From the NCBI GenBank assembly GCA_963812605.1, contig CAWEWF010000013.1, positions 1 to 64,000 on the forward strand: 64,000 bases of DNA, read 5' to 3'. A program made the position numbers and the translations under genes. The notes beneath the pieces were generated by a model, which saw nothing but the letters and a program-made list of their open reading frames with translations, was not told the DNA's origin and searched no databases. Origin of the DNA: an uncultured Verrucomicrobiae bacterium (GTDB taxonomy: Bacteria > Verrucomicrobiota > Verrucomicrobiia > Palsa-1439). Every line of letters starts with the position of its first letter. Position 1 is the first letter of the stretch. Positions 11,972-21,804 of this stretch are shown piece by piece.

Positions 11972-12981
11972 CGTTGGCGCGCCGCTTCCAGCAACGCTTC
12001 CATCACGCGCATGTTGCCGCGCGAATCCTGCTCGGCATCGACAGTCGGCGGAAACTGCGGCGCATGACCTTCGCGGACGCAGTGGCAAAGGTGTTTTAGC
12101 TCCAACGCGAATGGCGCGAGAAAATGCTGAGGGACAGCCGGTGTTTTTACGCGGATGATTTCCGTTTTACCCTGACGGGTGAGGTGCAACTCGGCAGGCC
12201 ACACTGGCGGAGACCAGGGATGGGGAATCAGCAACCGGCCTTCGGTCCCGATGATCTCGGCGGCGTAAGAAGGTTCGGATTCCAGGCTGCACACAAAGTG
12301 GGCGGTGACGCCTCCGTCAAACTGGAGGCTTCCGCTCAGCGTCAAGTCCACTCCGGTTTGCTCATCGAAATGCGCGTTGGCCTCGACGCGCTGCGGCTCG
12401 GCGTCGGCGAAGAAGCGGGAGAGATTTACGCAATAGCAGCCGATGTCCATCAGCGCGCCGCCGCCAGCATCGCGCCAGTAGCGCGGATTTTCGCGTCCGC
12501 GTCCCTGGGCGGCCCGATGGGAACGGATGTACAGGACGCGGCCAATTTCACCGGCGACGACCCGTCGTTTGGCTTCCGCCATCTGCGGATGGAACCGGAA
12601 CATGAAACCTTCCAGCAGCCAGCGCTGGTTCGCATGCGCCGCCGCGAACATTTCTTCGACCTCGGCGCTTGAGCAGGCGAGCGGTTTTTCACAAAGGACG
12701 TGTTTGCCCGCCTGGAGGGCGCGCACCGTCCACTCACAGTGCAAGCCGTTGTGCAGGGCGTTGATGACGATATCAATTTGGGGATCATCAATGAGGGACT
12801 CGTAACTCGGATGGGCGCGCGGGATATGGCGCTGGCTGGCGGCGGCCTGGGCCCGTGCCGCATCGCGGCTGGCGACGGCCACCAGGACAGCGTCGTCGAT
12901 CAAGGGAATTGCCTCGGCATATTTGCCGAGCATCCAGCCGGTGCCGAGGATGCCGCAGCGGAGTTTGTCCGTCTCGCGCAT
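11965..12981 (-). CDS. Gfo/Idh/MocA family oxidoreductase
   Basis: GILGTG, AGKHVLCEKP, GGGALMDIGCY. Confidence 0.93.
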   Translation of the reverse strand: MRETDKLRCGILGTGWMLGKYAEAIPLIDDAVLVAVASRDAARAQAAASQRHIPRAHPSYESLIDDPQIDIVINALHNGLHCEWTVRALQAGKHVLCEKPLACSSAEVEEMFAAAHANQRWLLEGFMFRFHPQMAEAKRRVVAGEIGRVLYIRSHRAAQGRGRENPRYWRDAGGGALMDIGCYCVNLSRFFADAEPQRVEANAHFDEQTGVDLTLSGSLQFDGGVTAHFVCSLESEPSYAAEIIGTEGRLLIPHPWSPPVWPAELHLTRQGKTEIIRVKTPAVPQHFLAPFALELKHLCHCVREGHAPQFPPTVDAEQDSRGNMRVMEALLEAARQRH

Positions 12982-13065
12982 GGACGGAAGCGTAACGGCG
13001 GGAGGGCGCTTGTAAAGGAGATTGTTTTGACTTCGACCGCGGGGCGTGGTTACGGTGGAGCGGCG

Positions 13066-13551
13066 ATGACACAGGGAGTGAAATGGTTTTATCTCGTGAC
13101 GCTGGCGGTGTGGGTCGGCAGCATTGTCTTCTTCAGTTTCGTGGTAGCGCCGACGGTCTTTAAGACGCTGAAACCAGAAGACGCGGCGGCGCTGATCCGT
13201 CGGATTTTCTCGAAGTACTACCTGATCGGCATCATCTGCGCGGCGGTGAGCATCGTCTGCCTCGGGTTGTTGTTGGCCGATCGGGCGTACAGCCGATGGC
13301 CGGCGATCCTGAGTTTGCTGTTGGTGGCGGGCATGGGCGCGACGGATTTCTGGCTGCGCCAGGCGGTCATGCCGCACATGAATGAACTGCGCGATCGACG
13401 GGCGATGTTCGAATCTTCCGGAAAACCACCGGACGAAGTGCTGGACCGGGAATGGAAAGCGCTCCACCGGCTCAGCGTGCAAATGAATGGCGTGGTGTTG
13501 CTGTGCGGATTGGTTTTGGTGTTCCTGGTGGTCTACGCTCGGGTGGTCTAA
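13066..13551 (+). CDS. DUF4149-like membrane protein
   Basis: Four TM helices, FVVAPTVFKTL and KALHRLS. Confidence 0.7.
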   Translation: MTQGVKWFYLVTLAVWVGSIVFFSFVVAPTVFKTLKPEDAAALIRRIFSKYYLIGIICAAVSIVCLGLLLADRAYSRWPAILSLLLVAGMGATDFWLRQAVMPHMNELRDRRAMFESSGKPPDEVLDREWKALHRLSVQMNGVVLLCGLVLVFLVVYARVV

Positions 13552-13555
13552 TTCC

Positions 13556-15067
13556 ATGCGCCTTTCACGGCGTCAATTCCTGAAGTTGGGCATGCGTGCG
13601 GGAGCGGCGTTGGCCTTCGCGCCAATCGGCTGTTCCTGGACACGCTCGAAGTCTTCCCCCTCGGCAGGTGTCTGGGTCAATGATGTTCATTCCCAACTAA
13701 ATCCCACGCGCGTGCAACGCATCGTCCGTCCCACATCTGTCAGCGAGATCGTTGACACCGTGCGGTTCGCGGCGAAAGAGGGGAACGGGATCAGCGTTGC
13801 GGGTGGTCGTCATGCGGCGGGCGGCCAGCAGTTTGTGACGGATGGGGTGCTGGTCGACATGCGCGGTATGAACCGGGTTATCTCCCTGGACGCTGACGCC
13901 GGGATTGTGGAAGCGGAAGCGGGCATCCTTTGGCCGGACTTGATGGACGACCTAGCCCGGCGGCAATCGGGAGCGGCGCAGCTTTGGGGCATCGTCCAGA
14001 AGCAGGGCGTCGATCGGATGTCGTTGGGAGGTTCGCTGGGCGCGAACATACACGGGAACGGGTTGACGCTTCCGCCGTTTGTCGGGCAGGTCGAATCGTT
14101 CACGCTCGTGGACGCGGCGGCCCGGGTGCGGACCTGCTCGCGCACGGAGAATGCGGAATTATTTTCCCTCGGGGCCGGCGGCTACGGGCTGCTCGGGATC
14201 GTCGCTTCGATGCGGTTGCGACTGATGCGCCGTCGCAAGCTTCGCGTTGCGACGCAGATGCTCGACGCCACGGATGTGGTTGCCACGCTGGCGCAGCGCA
14301 AGGCGGAAGGGTGCCTCTACGGCGACTGGCATTATTCGCCCGATCCTTCCTCGAACGATTTCCTGCGTCGCGGCGTCCTGGCGACGTATCAACCGCTGGG
14401 CGAAAACGAAGACGTGCCCGTGAACGAAGGGCCGTTGCCCACGAGTGATGACTGGCTGCGGTTGGTCACACTGGCGCACGTCAATCGCGGCGCGGCTTTC
14501 GCGCGGTACGCCGAGAGCGCGCTGGGCCAGAACGGAGATGTTGTCTGGTCGGACACCTTCCAACTCGACCGCGTCTATGTGGACAACTACCACGCGGTGG
14601 TCGATCGGGAGTTGAAGGCGCGCGTGCCCGCGAGCGAATCGCTGGTCGAGTTTTTTGTCCCGCGCCCGGCGCTGGCGGCGTTTCTCGAAGAAGTGCGCGC
14701 GGACTTTTTGCGGCACGACGTGGCCATGCTCTACGGCACGGTGCGACTGGCGGAACGCGACACGGAAAGTGTCCTCGCCTGGGCGCGCCAGCCGTGCGCG
14801 GGCGTGGTGTTCAACTTTCACGTGGTGCACGATGACGCGGGGAAGCGGGCGCTGGCGGACACGTACCGCCGCGTGGTGGACATCGCCGCGCGGCACGACG
14901 GGACGTTTTACCTGACCTACCACCGGTTTGCCACGCGCGCGCAGACGGAGTTGTGCCATCCGCGCCTGCCGGAATTTCTGCGCGCGAAGCGGCGTTATGA
15001 TCCCGCGGAAATATTTCAAAGCGATTGGTATCGACATCATCGCCGAATGTTTGCGAACGTGATTTGA
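13556..15067 (+). CDS. Tat-exported FAD-binding oxidoreductase (PCMH/VAO-type)
   Basis: SRRQFLK twin-arginine signal, AGGRHAAGGQQ and GGYGLLGIV. Confidence 0.85.
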   Translation: MRLSRRQFLKLGMRAGAALAFAPIGCSWTRSKSSPSAGVWVNDVHSQLNPTRVQRIVRPTSVSEIVDTVRFAAKEGNGISVAGGRHAAGGQQFVTDGVLVDMRGMNRVISLDADAGIVEAEAGILWPDLMDDLARRQSGAAQLWGIVQKQGVDRMSLGGSLGANIHGNGLTLPPFVGQVESFTLVDAAARVRTCSRTENAELFSLGAGGYGLLGIVASMRLRLMRRRKLRVATQMLDATDVVATLAQRKAEGCLYGDWHYSPDPSSNDFLRRGVLATYQPLGENEDVPVNEGPLPTSDDWLRLVTLAHVNRGAAFARYAESALGQNGDVVWSDTFQLDRVYVDNYHAVVDRELKARVPASESLVEFFVPRPALAAFLEEVRADFLRHDVAMLYGTVRLAERDTESVLAWARQPCAGVVFNFHVVHDDAGKRALADTYRRVVDIAARHDGTFYLTYHRFATRAQTELCHPRLPEFLRAKRRYDPAEIFQSDWYRHHRRMFANVI

Positions 15068-15129
15068 CTCGGCGAGAACGAGCGGTTTCCGCGGACGGCT
15101 GAATCCCATTATTCCGTAACGACGCAACA

Positions 15130-18063
15130 ATGAAACACAGCTTCGGTAAAGCGATTTTTGCGGCGCTGGCGCTCGGGAATGCGCTGGCCGGCTGCCAGCG
15201 TGCTTCCACGGAGCGCGAGGCGAAATATTTGCCGCCGCCGGAAGCGAAAGGCGCGGTGGTCGCCACCGTCGCGGTCACGCCGCCGCCGGACACTGTGGGA
15301 CGGTCGATATTTGCGGGCCTCAAGCGCGATGGGCGAATCGTGGCGCGCGGAGAATCGGTGGTTCCACCGGCTGGAAATGTGGCGCTGAGCATCCGGGCGA
15401 TGGAGCCGGCGCAGACGGTGCCGGACGGCGAGTACGAACTCTGGGTCACGATCAACCGCGACGCGTTGGAGTCGTGTTACCCGAGCTATGGCGATCTGTT
15501 TGTGCACGAGAAGTGGAGCCTGGAGAAGGGGATGCGGATGAAGATGTTGACGGATGCGTCGCTGTGGAAGGAACGCGCGCTGTCGAAGCCCGCCAATCTG
15601 GTGACCGTTCATTATCATCGATACGACGAAGACTACGACAATGTTGGCGTCTGGACGTGGGACACGCATTTCAAGCGGACGCCCGAGCAGAATGAGATTT
15701 TCGAAGTGGGTCGCGACGATTACGGGCCGATCCTGCAATTTGACCGCGCCGACTACGGCGAGAAGGGCGACTCGGACAAGATCGGTTTGGTCGCGCGGCT
15801 GGGTGGCGATTGGAACCGCAAGGACGGCGAGGACAAGGCGTGGAAGCCCGACATGGGAAACGAGGTCTACCTGGTCGGCGGCGTGAACGGCATCTGGACG
15901 AAGCGGCCGGACACGAGTCCGCGGGTAGTCGGCGCCTATCTTGACGCGCCAAATCGGATTGTCCTGGAGATGTCGCGACTGGTGGGCCTCAGTGACGTGG
16001 CGCCGGACAGAATTACGATCACTGACGACCAAAAGGGCGAGCAGTCTCCTGCAACGACACGGCTTGTTTTGCATAACGGCAAGCCAATGGGGACCGGGGT
16101 CGAGTTGGTCATGGGCACGCCGCTGGACATTGGGCAACGCACGTACGAGGTGACAGTGCAGGGTTTTGGTGGCAGCGTGCGCCTGCAGCCGCGGGCCATT
16201 CTGGCTGACCCGAATTTGTTTTATGACGGCGCGGCGGTGCTCGGCGCGACGTATACGCCCGAGGGTACGACGTTTCGCGTTTTTGCCCCGACCGCTCGCG
16301 CGGTGCAGGTAGTGATTTACGATCAGGCCGCGGGCGACCAGGGTCGCACGACCAACACGATGCAGGCAGTAGGCAAGGGAGTTTGGGAGGGGAAAGTAGC
16401 GGGGGATCTTGAAGGGAAGTTTTATCTCTACAAACCGGAGGGTGAAGGTTTTCCGCCGGATCGGGAAGCGCTCGACATTTATTGCGTCAACGCCGTCAAC
16501 AGCAGCCAGCGCGCGCGGATCACGGATTTGTCGAAGACGAATCCGCCGGACTGGGAGACGGGGAAGACGGGGCCGGCGCTCGATTCGCCGGTGGACATGG
16601 TGGTGTATGAGATGCACGTGCGCGATTTCACGATCGCCGCGGACTCAGGCGCAGAGCACAAGGGCAAATATCTGGGATTTACCGAGTCGGGCACGCATTT
16701 GCCGGGGGATGCGGCGATGAAGACGGGGCTGGATCATCTGGCCGAGCTGGGAGTGACGCACGTGCAGTTGATGCCGGTGCAGGATTTCGAGAACGACGAA
16801 ACCAGTACGAACTATAATTGGGGCTACGTCACGACCGACTACAATTCGCCCGAAGGTTGGTACGCGACGGACATCGATAATGAGAGCCGCATCCGCGAGT
16901 TGAAATTGCTCATCGCGGCGTTACATGAGCGGGGCATCGGTGTGATCATGGACGTGGTCTACAACCACACGGCGAACGCCGCGCCGTTCAATGCGCTCGT
17001 GCCGCACTATTATTACCGCTTTCTGGCCGATGGCAGCCCGTCGAACGGCTCCGGCTGCGGCAACGATTTTTGCACCGAAGCGCCGATGGGGCGGAAATAC
17101 ATCGTCGATTCGCTGAAGTACTGGGTGCGAGAGTACGGCGTCGACGGGTTCCGCTTCGATCTCATGGCGTTGCTCGATCTCGACACGATGAAGGAAGTTG
17201 AGCGGGAACTGCGGGAAATTAACCCGCGCATCGTTCTCTACGGCGAGCCTTGGGGAGGGGGCGGCAAGCAGGCGCCGGTGAACCCGACGAACAAGCGGAC
17301 CATTCGCGGCACGCGCATCGGCGCGTTCAATGACAATATTCGCAACGCGCTGGTCGGTTCGCCGTTTGAGAAGACGAAGGGCGGTTTCATCCAGGACGGT
17401 TCTGAGATTGAGAACGTGAAGCACGGGATTGAGGGAAGCTGGCGGGACTGGGCGCCGACACCCGCGCAGGCCATCAATTATATGAGCTGCCACGACAATT
17501 ATGTCGTCTGGGACAAACTCAAACTCTCCAAGCCCGGCGCGACGGAGCCGGAATTGAAGGAGATGATGAAGCTGGGGTACCTCTTGTTGTTCACGTCGCA
17601 AGGCGTGCCGTTCCTGCATGGCGGCGAGGAATTTGCGCGCACGAAATTTGGCAACGATAACAGTTACAACGCGCCCGACAGCATCAACGAGGTCGATTGG
17701 TCGCTGAAGAAGAAGAATTATGATCTCTTCAGCTACACGCGCGACCTCATCGCCCTGCGGAAGGCGCATCCCGTTTTTCGGCTGCGCTCCAAGGAACAAA
17801 TCGCCGCGTGGCTGAAGTTTCATGATACGAACAACCCCGGCGCGGTGATGTTCACGATCGATCCGGATGGTTTGGAAGGTGAGCCGTGGAAACACGTCTG
17901 CGTCATTGCCAATAGCGCCGACTTTATGAGCTTTGATTTCGCGTTGCCCGCCGGTTCCTGGCACGTGGCGCTCGACGCCGATGGCGCGGTCAAGGACGAG
18001 CGCATTGTCGAAGGCACGGTGCGTGTACGGTACAAGTCGGGGATGATTCTGTATCAACAATAA
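15130..18063 (+). CDS. pulA: Type I pullulanase (GH13) lipoprotein with CBM41-like and CBM48-like modules
   Basis: LAGC lipobox, HYHRYDEDY..VWTW, YNWGY, DVVYNHT, DGFRFDLM, YGEPW and SCHDN. Confidence 0.9.
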   Translation: MKHSFGKAIFAALALGNALAGCQRASTEREAKYLPPPEAKGAVVATVAVTPPPDTVGRSIFAGLKRDGRIVARGESVVPPAGNVALSIRAMEPAQTVPDGEYELWVTINRDALESCYPSYGDLFVHEKWSLEKGMRMKMLTDASLWKERALSKPANLVTVHYHRYDEDYDNVGVWTWDTHFKRTPEQNEIFEVGRDDYGPILQFDRADYGEKGDSDKIGLVARLGGDWNRKDGEDKAWKPDMGNEVYLVGGVNGIWTKRPDTSPRVVGAYLDAPNRIVLEMSRLVGLSDVAPDRITITDDQKGEQSPATTRLVLHNGKPMGTGVELVMGTPLDIGQRTYEVTVQGFGGSVRLQPRAILADPNLFYDGAAVLGATYTPEGTTFRVFAPTARAVQVVIYDQAAGDQGRTTNTMQAVGKGVWEGKVAGDLEGKFYLYKPEGEGFPPDREALDIYCVNAVNSSQRARITDLSKTNPPDWETGKTGPALDSPVDMVVYEMHVRDFTIAADSGAEHKGKYLGFTESGTHLPGDAAMKTGLDHLAELGVTHVQLMPVQDFENDETSTNYNWGYVTTDYNSPEGWYATDIDNESRIRELKLLIAALHERGIGVIMDVVYNHTANAAPFNALVPHYYYRFLADGSPSNGSGCGNDFCTEAPMGRKYIVDSLKYWVREYGVDGFRFDLMALLDLDTMKEVERELREINPRIVLYGEPWGGGGKQAPVNPTNKRTIRGTRIGAFNDNIRNALVGSPFEKTKGGFIQDGSEIENVKHGIEGSWRDWAPTPAQAINYMSCHDNYVVWDKLKLSKPGATEPELKEMMKLGYLLLFTSQGVPFLHGGEEFARTKFGNDNSYNAPDSINEVDWSLKKKNYDLFSYTRDLIALRKAHPVFRLRSKEQIAAWLKFHDTNNPGAVMFTIDPDGLEGEPWKHVCVIANSADFMSFDFALPAGSWHVALDADGAVKDERIVEGTVRVRYKSGMILYQQ

Positions 18064-18135
18064 TGCGTGGTCGTATATCGTTTCGCCAAAAGAAACATTG
18101 TAACGGCATTGCTCTGGTTTAGAATCCTTTCCAGA

Positions 18136-19203
18136 TTGAACCTCATCCGCTCCATCCGCCGGTTTCTTTTTGTCGCGCTCGCCGCTGTTGTTCTATCACG
18201 GAAAAACGCCGTGGCGTCAGACAGCTCCGATGCGGACCAGGATGTGATGGAGGGCATGAAGCTGTCGGTGGAAGACGCGCAGCAACTCGAGGAGACACTC
18301 AAGCACAAGCCCGAAGACCTTTCCATTCGCGCGAAGCTTCTCGGCTATTATTCCAGCCGACCTCAAAGCTCCGAGTGGAACGACGGCATTCGCGAGCGAG
18401 AGGTACTTTGGCTAATTGAACACCATCCCGAAGCGCGGCTTGCCGGCCTGCCGTACGCGCAATTCGATGCCGTCCTTCATCCATTCTCCTACAAAGAAGG
18501 CGCAGCGCTTTGGAAGCAGCAAGATCGCCAGCCACACCAACGAGCCGCCCGTCTTGCGCAATGCCGCCAATTACTTCCTGCTTTTTGACCGGCCCGTTGC
18601 CGAGGACCTATTAAAAAGAGGAGCCACGCTTGAACCCCAGAACGCGGAATGGCCCAGCGCACTCGGGAGACTCTATTATCTCGGGGCCATGGACAAGAGC
18701 CCGCCGGAGGTAAAACTAGCTGCCTCCGCCGCATTCGGTCAATATGAGCGGGCATATGCTCTGGCTCCCGAGGCTTACAAATCATACATGCTCCAAGACT
18801 TGGCTAGAACTGCCTTCGATGCCGGCGAAACCAACAAGGCCAGGATGTATGCCGAACAGATGCTTCAGGCAGCCCAGATGCAGAAAAAGAATTGGAACCT
18901 CGGTAACGACATTTTCTTTGGCAACCTCATTCTCGGTCGGTTGGCCCTGAAAGCGGGCGACATCGAGCAGGCCAAGCACTATCTGCTTGAGGCCGGGAAA
19001 CCCCCGGCTCGCCCCAGCTTGATTCCTTCGGTCCGAACATGACCCTGGCCAAGGAATTACTCGAGAAAAACCAAACGGAAGCGGTCCTGGAATATTTCGA
19101 CCTCTGCGCGAAATTCTGGCGATACCAACCCCGGCTCAGTCAGTGGACCGCCACCGTCAAGCAAGGCGGTATCCCGGATTTCGGGGTGAATTTGGCTTAT
19201 TGA
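18136..19203 (+). CDS. Secreted TPR-like protein, split by indels near 18520 and 19000
   Basis: Signal-like N-terminus. Helical repeats across three frames end in SFGPNMTLAKELLEK...YFDLCAKFW...PDFGVNLAY. Confidence 0.65.
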
Positions 19204-19229
19204 CCAAGGCGGCGAAGAACCGAAATTGG

Positions 19230-19895
19230 CTACTTGTCGCGGGGAACCGCAGCGGACGGTGTGTATTCAAACTCGACGGAATAGCCGTTGGTGGCAACGA
19301 TTTCCCGGATTCGTTTTTCGATCTCGATTTTCGATTCTGCCAGCAGGGGGGAGGCCAGTACTTTTTGGCGGGCATTTTTTTGGAGTTCGGTGAAGGCGGC
19401 CTCGCGTTCTGAAGCGTCGAGCTTGTTCCAATAACCGTCCTCGTCTCGCAAGATGTGGTAATTGTCCATCTGCAGCGAGAGAAGTTTTGGTTGCGGGAGT
19501 TTGACGAAGATTTTCGGCGGCGTTCGCTGAATTTTCACGACAAAAGGCTGGGTCAGATCAAAGCCCGCCTTGGCGGTAAAGACGCCGTACATTTCCATGG
19601 TCTTGGTGCTGTAGGCCCAGGTTGATTGATAGAGGCGCTGTGCAAACACGCGTTTCGATTCCATTGCCAATTCGGTAATGGGAGAGGATTGCTCAAGAAC
19701 GACAAGATTATCAATGGTGACTTGAGGTTGGAAATTGAAGGCGCTCCGGAAGCTGTCCGCAACGGCATGCCCAAGTTGGCGGGGAATCCTGTAAAAGACG
19801 ACATAAACGGCAACCGTCGTCGCCGCCACGACCAGGCTGAATGCGAGGGCTGCGATCAGCAGCCGTTTTGAGGATTTATCGAATTTGTCGGTCAT
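19230..19895 (-). CDS. DUF4230-like membrane-anchored protein
   Basis: N-terminal TM, AKAGFDL and VKLPQPKLLS. Confidence 0.65.
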   Translation of the reverse strand: MTDKFDKSSKRLLIAALAFSLVVAATTVAVYVVFYRIPRQLGHAVADSFRSAFNFQPQVTIDNLVVLEQSSPITELAMESKRVFAQRLYQSTWAYSTKTMEMYGVFTAKAGFDLTQPFVVKIQRTPPKIFVKLPQPKLLSLQMDNYHILRDEDGYWNKLDASEREAAFTELQKNARQKVLASPLLAESKIEIEKRIREIVATNGYSVEFEYTPSAAVPRDK

Positions 19896-20171
19896 GCATT
19901 TTGTGCTCTCGAATGGCAGTCTACCGCCGATGAAAGGAAGTTGGCAATGTTGCCTTCGGGGGGCGGAAGCGGAATCTGGCGTGGACAGTCCGCCAACGAT
20001 ATATCGTAAAACGATAATTTTACTGGACGGCGTGTTTTTGAACGTGTATGATTCGTCGGCTACCGGAAATCATGACCAATCCACCTTCGCCAAAACTCCG
20101 ACCTGCAAGGGTGCAAGACGAACTTGCTACAGCGCGATTGCGCCACAGGGAGCGGATTGGGGGCCTATATA

Positions 20172-20191
20172 TGTTTCTGCGAAACGAACCC
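20172..20191 (+). repeat. Dispersed AAACGAACCC-family repeat copy
   Basis: TGTTTCTGCGAAACGAACCC is identical to the reverse complement of 47518-47537. Confidence 0.7.
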
Positions 20192-20347
20192 AAAATGACC
20201 CCCTTTTGAAGCCTCCCAGGAACAAAAAACGGGTTTCTGTGTTGGTTTTGGAGGACAAGCGGGCACTAGCAGGGTTACCACCGTCGACAAGAGATGCTAG
20301 GTCGCGATTTGGCTGTCATGTTAATGATGATGTATAATGTGCACCTT

Positions 20348-21706
20348 ATGATGGCTCGCTGGATTTGTTTGTTAATGACCTGCGTGGCGGTGACAGCGGG
20401 GGCCGCGCCGATTCCCTCGGTGAAGAGAAGCTCGAACCGTCGGTACCTGATCGATCCCAACAACCTGCCGTTTCTGATTGCGGGAGACTCACCGCAGTCG
20501 CTGATGGTCAATATCTCGACGACCGATGCGGACATGTACTTTGCGAATCGCCAGTCCCATGGGTTCAACGCGGTCTGGATCAACCTGCTCTGCACGACCT
20601 ACACCGCCGGCAACGCGGATGGCAGCACGTATGATGCGATCCTGCCCTTTACGGGTTATCTTCCCGGCGGGGCCAATGACCTGGCGCACTACGATCTGAC
20701 CACGCCCAACGAAGCCTACTTTGAGCGTGTCGATCAAATGCTCAACCTGGCGAACAAGTACGGGCTCGTGGTATTTCTCGACCCGATCGAGACCGGCGGC
20801 TGGACGACAACCATGCTCAACAACGGCGCCAAGAATTGCCGGGCGTACGGCGAGTATCTGGGCGAGCGCTACGAGAGTTTTACCAATATTGTCTGGATGA
20901 GCGGCAACGATGATTTCATGTGGCCGAATGCCATCCAGGACATAGCCGTGTCTTCAGTCGCGTTGGGGATCAAGCAAAAGGATGGAAGCCACATCCACAC
21001 GCTTGAATTGAGCTCGCCTGGTGGTTCGCTGGACGATCCGCGGTGGGCCAGCATTGTCAAGTTGAGCGGCTCCTACACGTATAATCCCACGTACGCCCAG
21101 GTCCTCAAGGACTATCAGCGCAAGAAATTCGAGCCGGTCTTTTTGGTGGAAGCCAACTACGAGTTCGAAAGTCTCTCCGGCCCCGTCACGACCGCCGCAG
21201 TTCTGCGTCAGCAGGAGTACTGGGCGAACCTCAGCGGGGCCACGGGACAACTCTATGGGAACCACGCGACGTGGACGTTCGAATCTGGCTGGCAGAGTTT
21301 GCTCGACACGCCCGGGGCGATTGAAATGGCGTACGTGGGTCAATTGTTCGGGCCGCGGGCCTGGTACAAGTTGATTCCTGACACGGACCACGTCGTCGTC
21401 ACGGCCGGTTACGGCACGTTTTCCAGTAGCGACATCGTTGCCGCCAACGATTATCTGACCGCGGCGCGAACCCCCGATGGGACACTGGTGATCGCCTACA
21501 TGCCAACCGTTCGGCAGATTACCATCGACATGACGAAGCTCAGCGCGCCCGCGACGGCGCGTTGGTACGACCCGAGCAATGGGACCTACACCCCGATTGA
21601 CGGCTCGCCCTTGTCGAATACCGGCACGGTGGACCTCACCCCGCCGGGGAACAACAGCGACGGCGACGGAGGTTGGGTGCTGGTGCTCGAAACGCTGCCG
21701 CCATGA
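20348..21706 (+). CDS. Secreted DUF4038/GH140 apiosidase-like glycoside hydrolase with a C-terminal collagen-binding-like domain
   Basis: Signal peptide, YFANRQSHGFNAV, PNEAYFERVD, NIVWMSGND and ARWYDPSNG. Confidence 0.75.
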   Translation: MMARWICLLMTCVAVTAGAAPIPSVKRSSNRRYLIDPNNLPFLIAGDSPQSLMVNISTTDADMYFANRQSHGFNAVWINLLCTTYTAGNADGSTYDAILPFTGYLPGGANDLAHYDLTTPNEAYFERVDQMLNLANKYGLVVFLDPIETGGWTTTMLNNGAKNCRAYGEYLGERYESFTNIVWMSGNDDFMWPNAIQDIAVSSVALGIKQKDGSHIHTLELSSPGGSLDDPRWASIVKLSGSYTYNPTYAQVLKDYQRKKFEPVFLVEANYEFESLSGPVTTAAVLRQQEYWANLSGATGQLYGNHATWTFESGWQSLLDTPGAIEMAYVGQLFGPRAWYKLIPDTDHVVVTAGYGTFSSSDIVAANDYLTAARTPDGTLVIAYMPTVRQITIDMTKLSAPATARWYDPSNGTYTPIDGSPLSNTGTVDLTPPGNNSDGDGGWVLVLETLPP

Positions 21707-21804
21707 AGGCGGCGCAGTAAGGGCTCGAAGATGCCCGGGACGCGACAACATTGAGTAGCGCACCTTGCTTTACGCCCGCAAAGACTTCTGCCATACTTCG
21801 CGGC

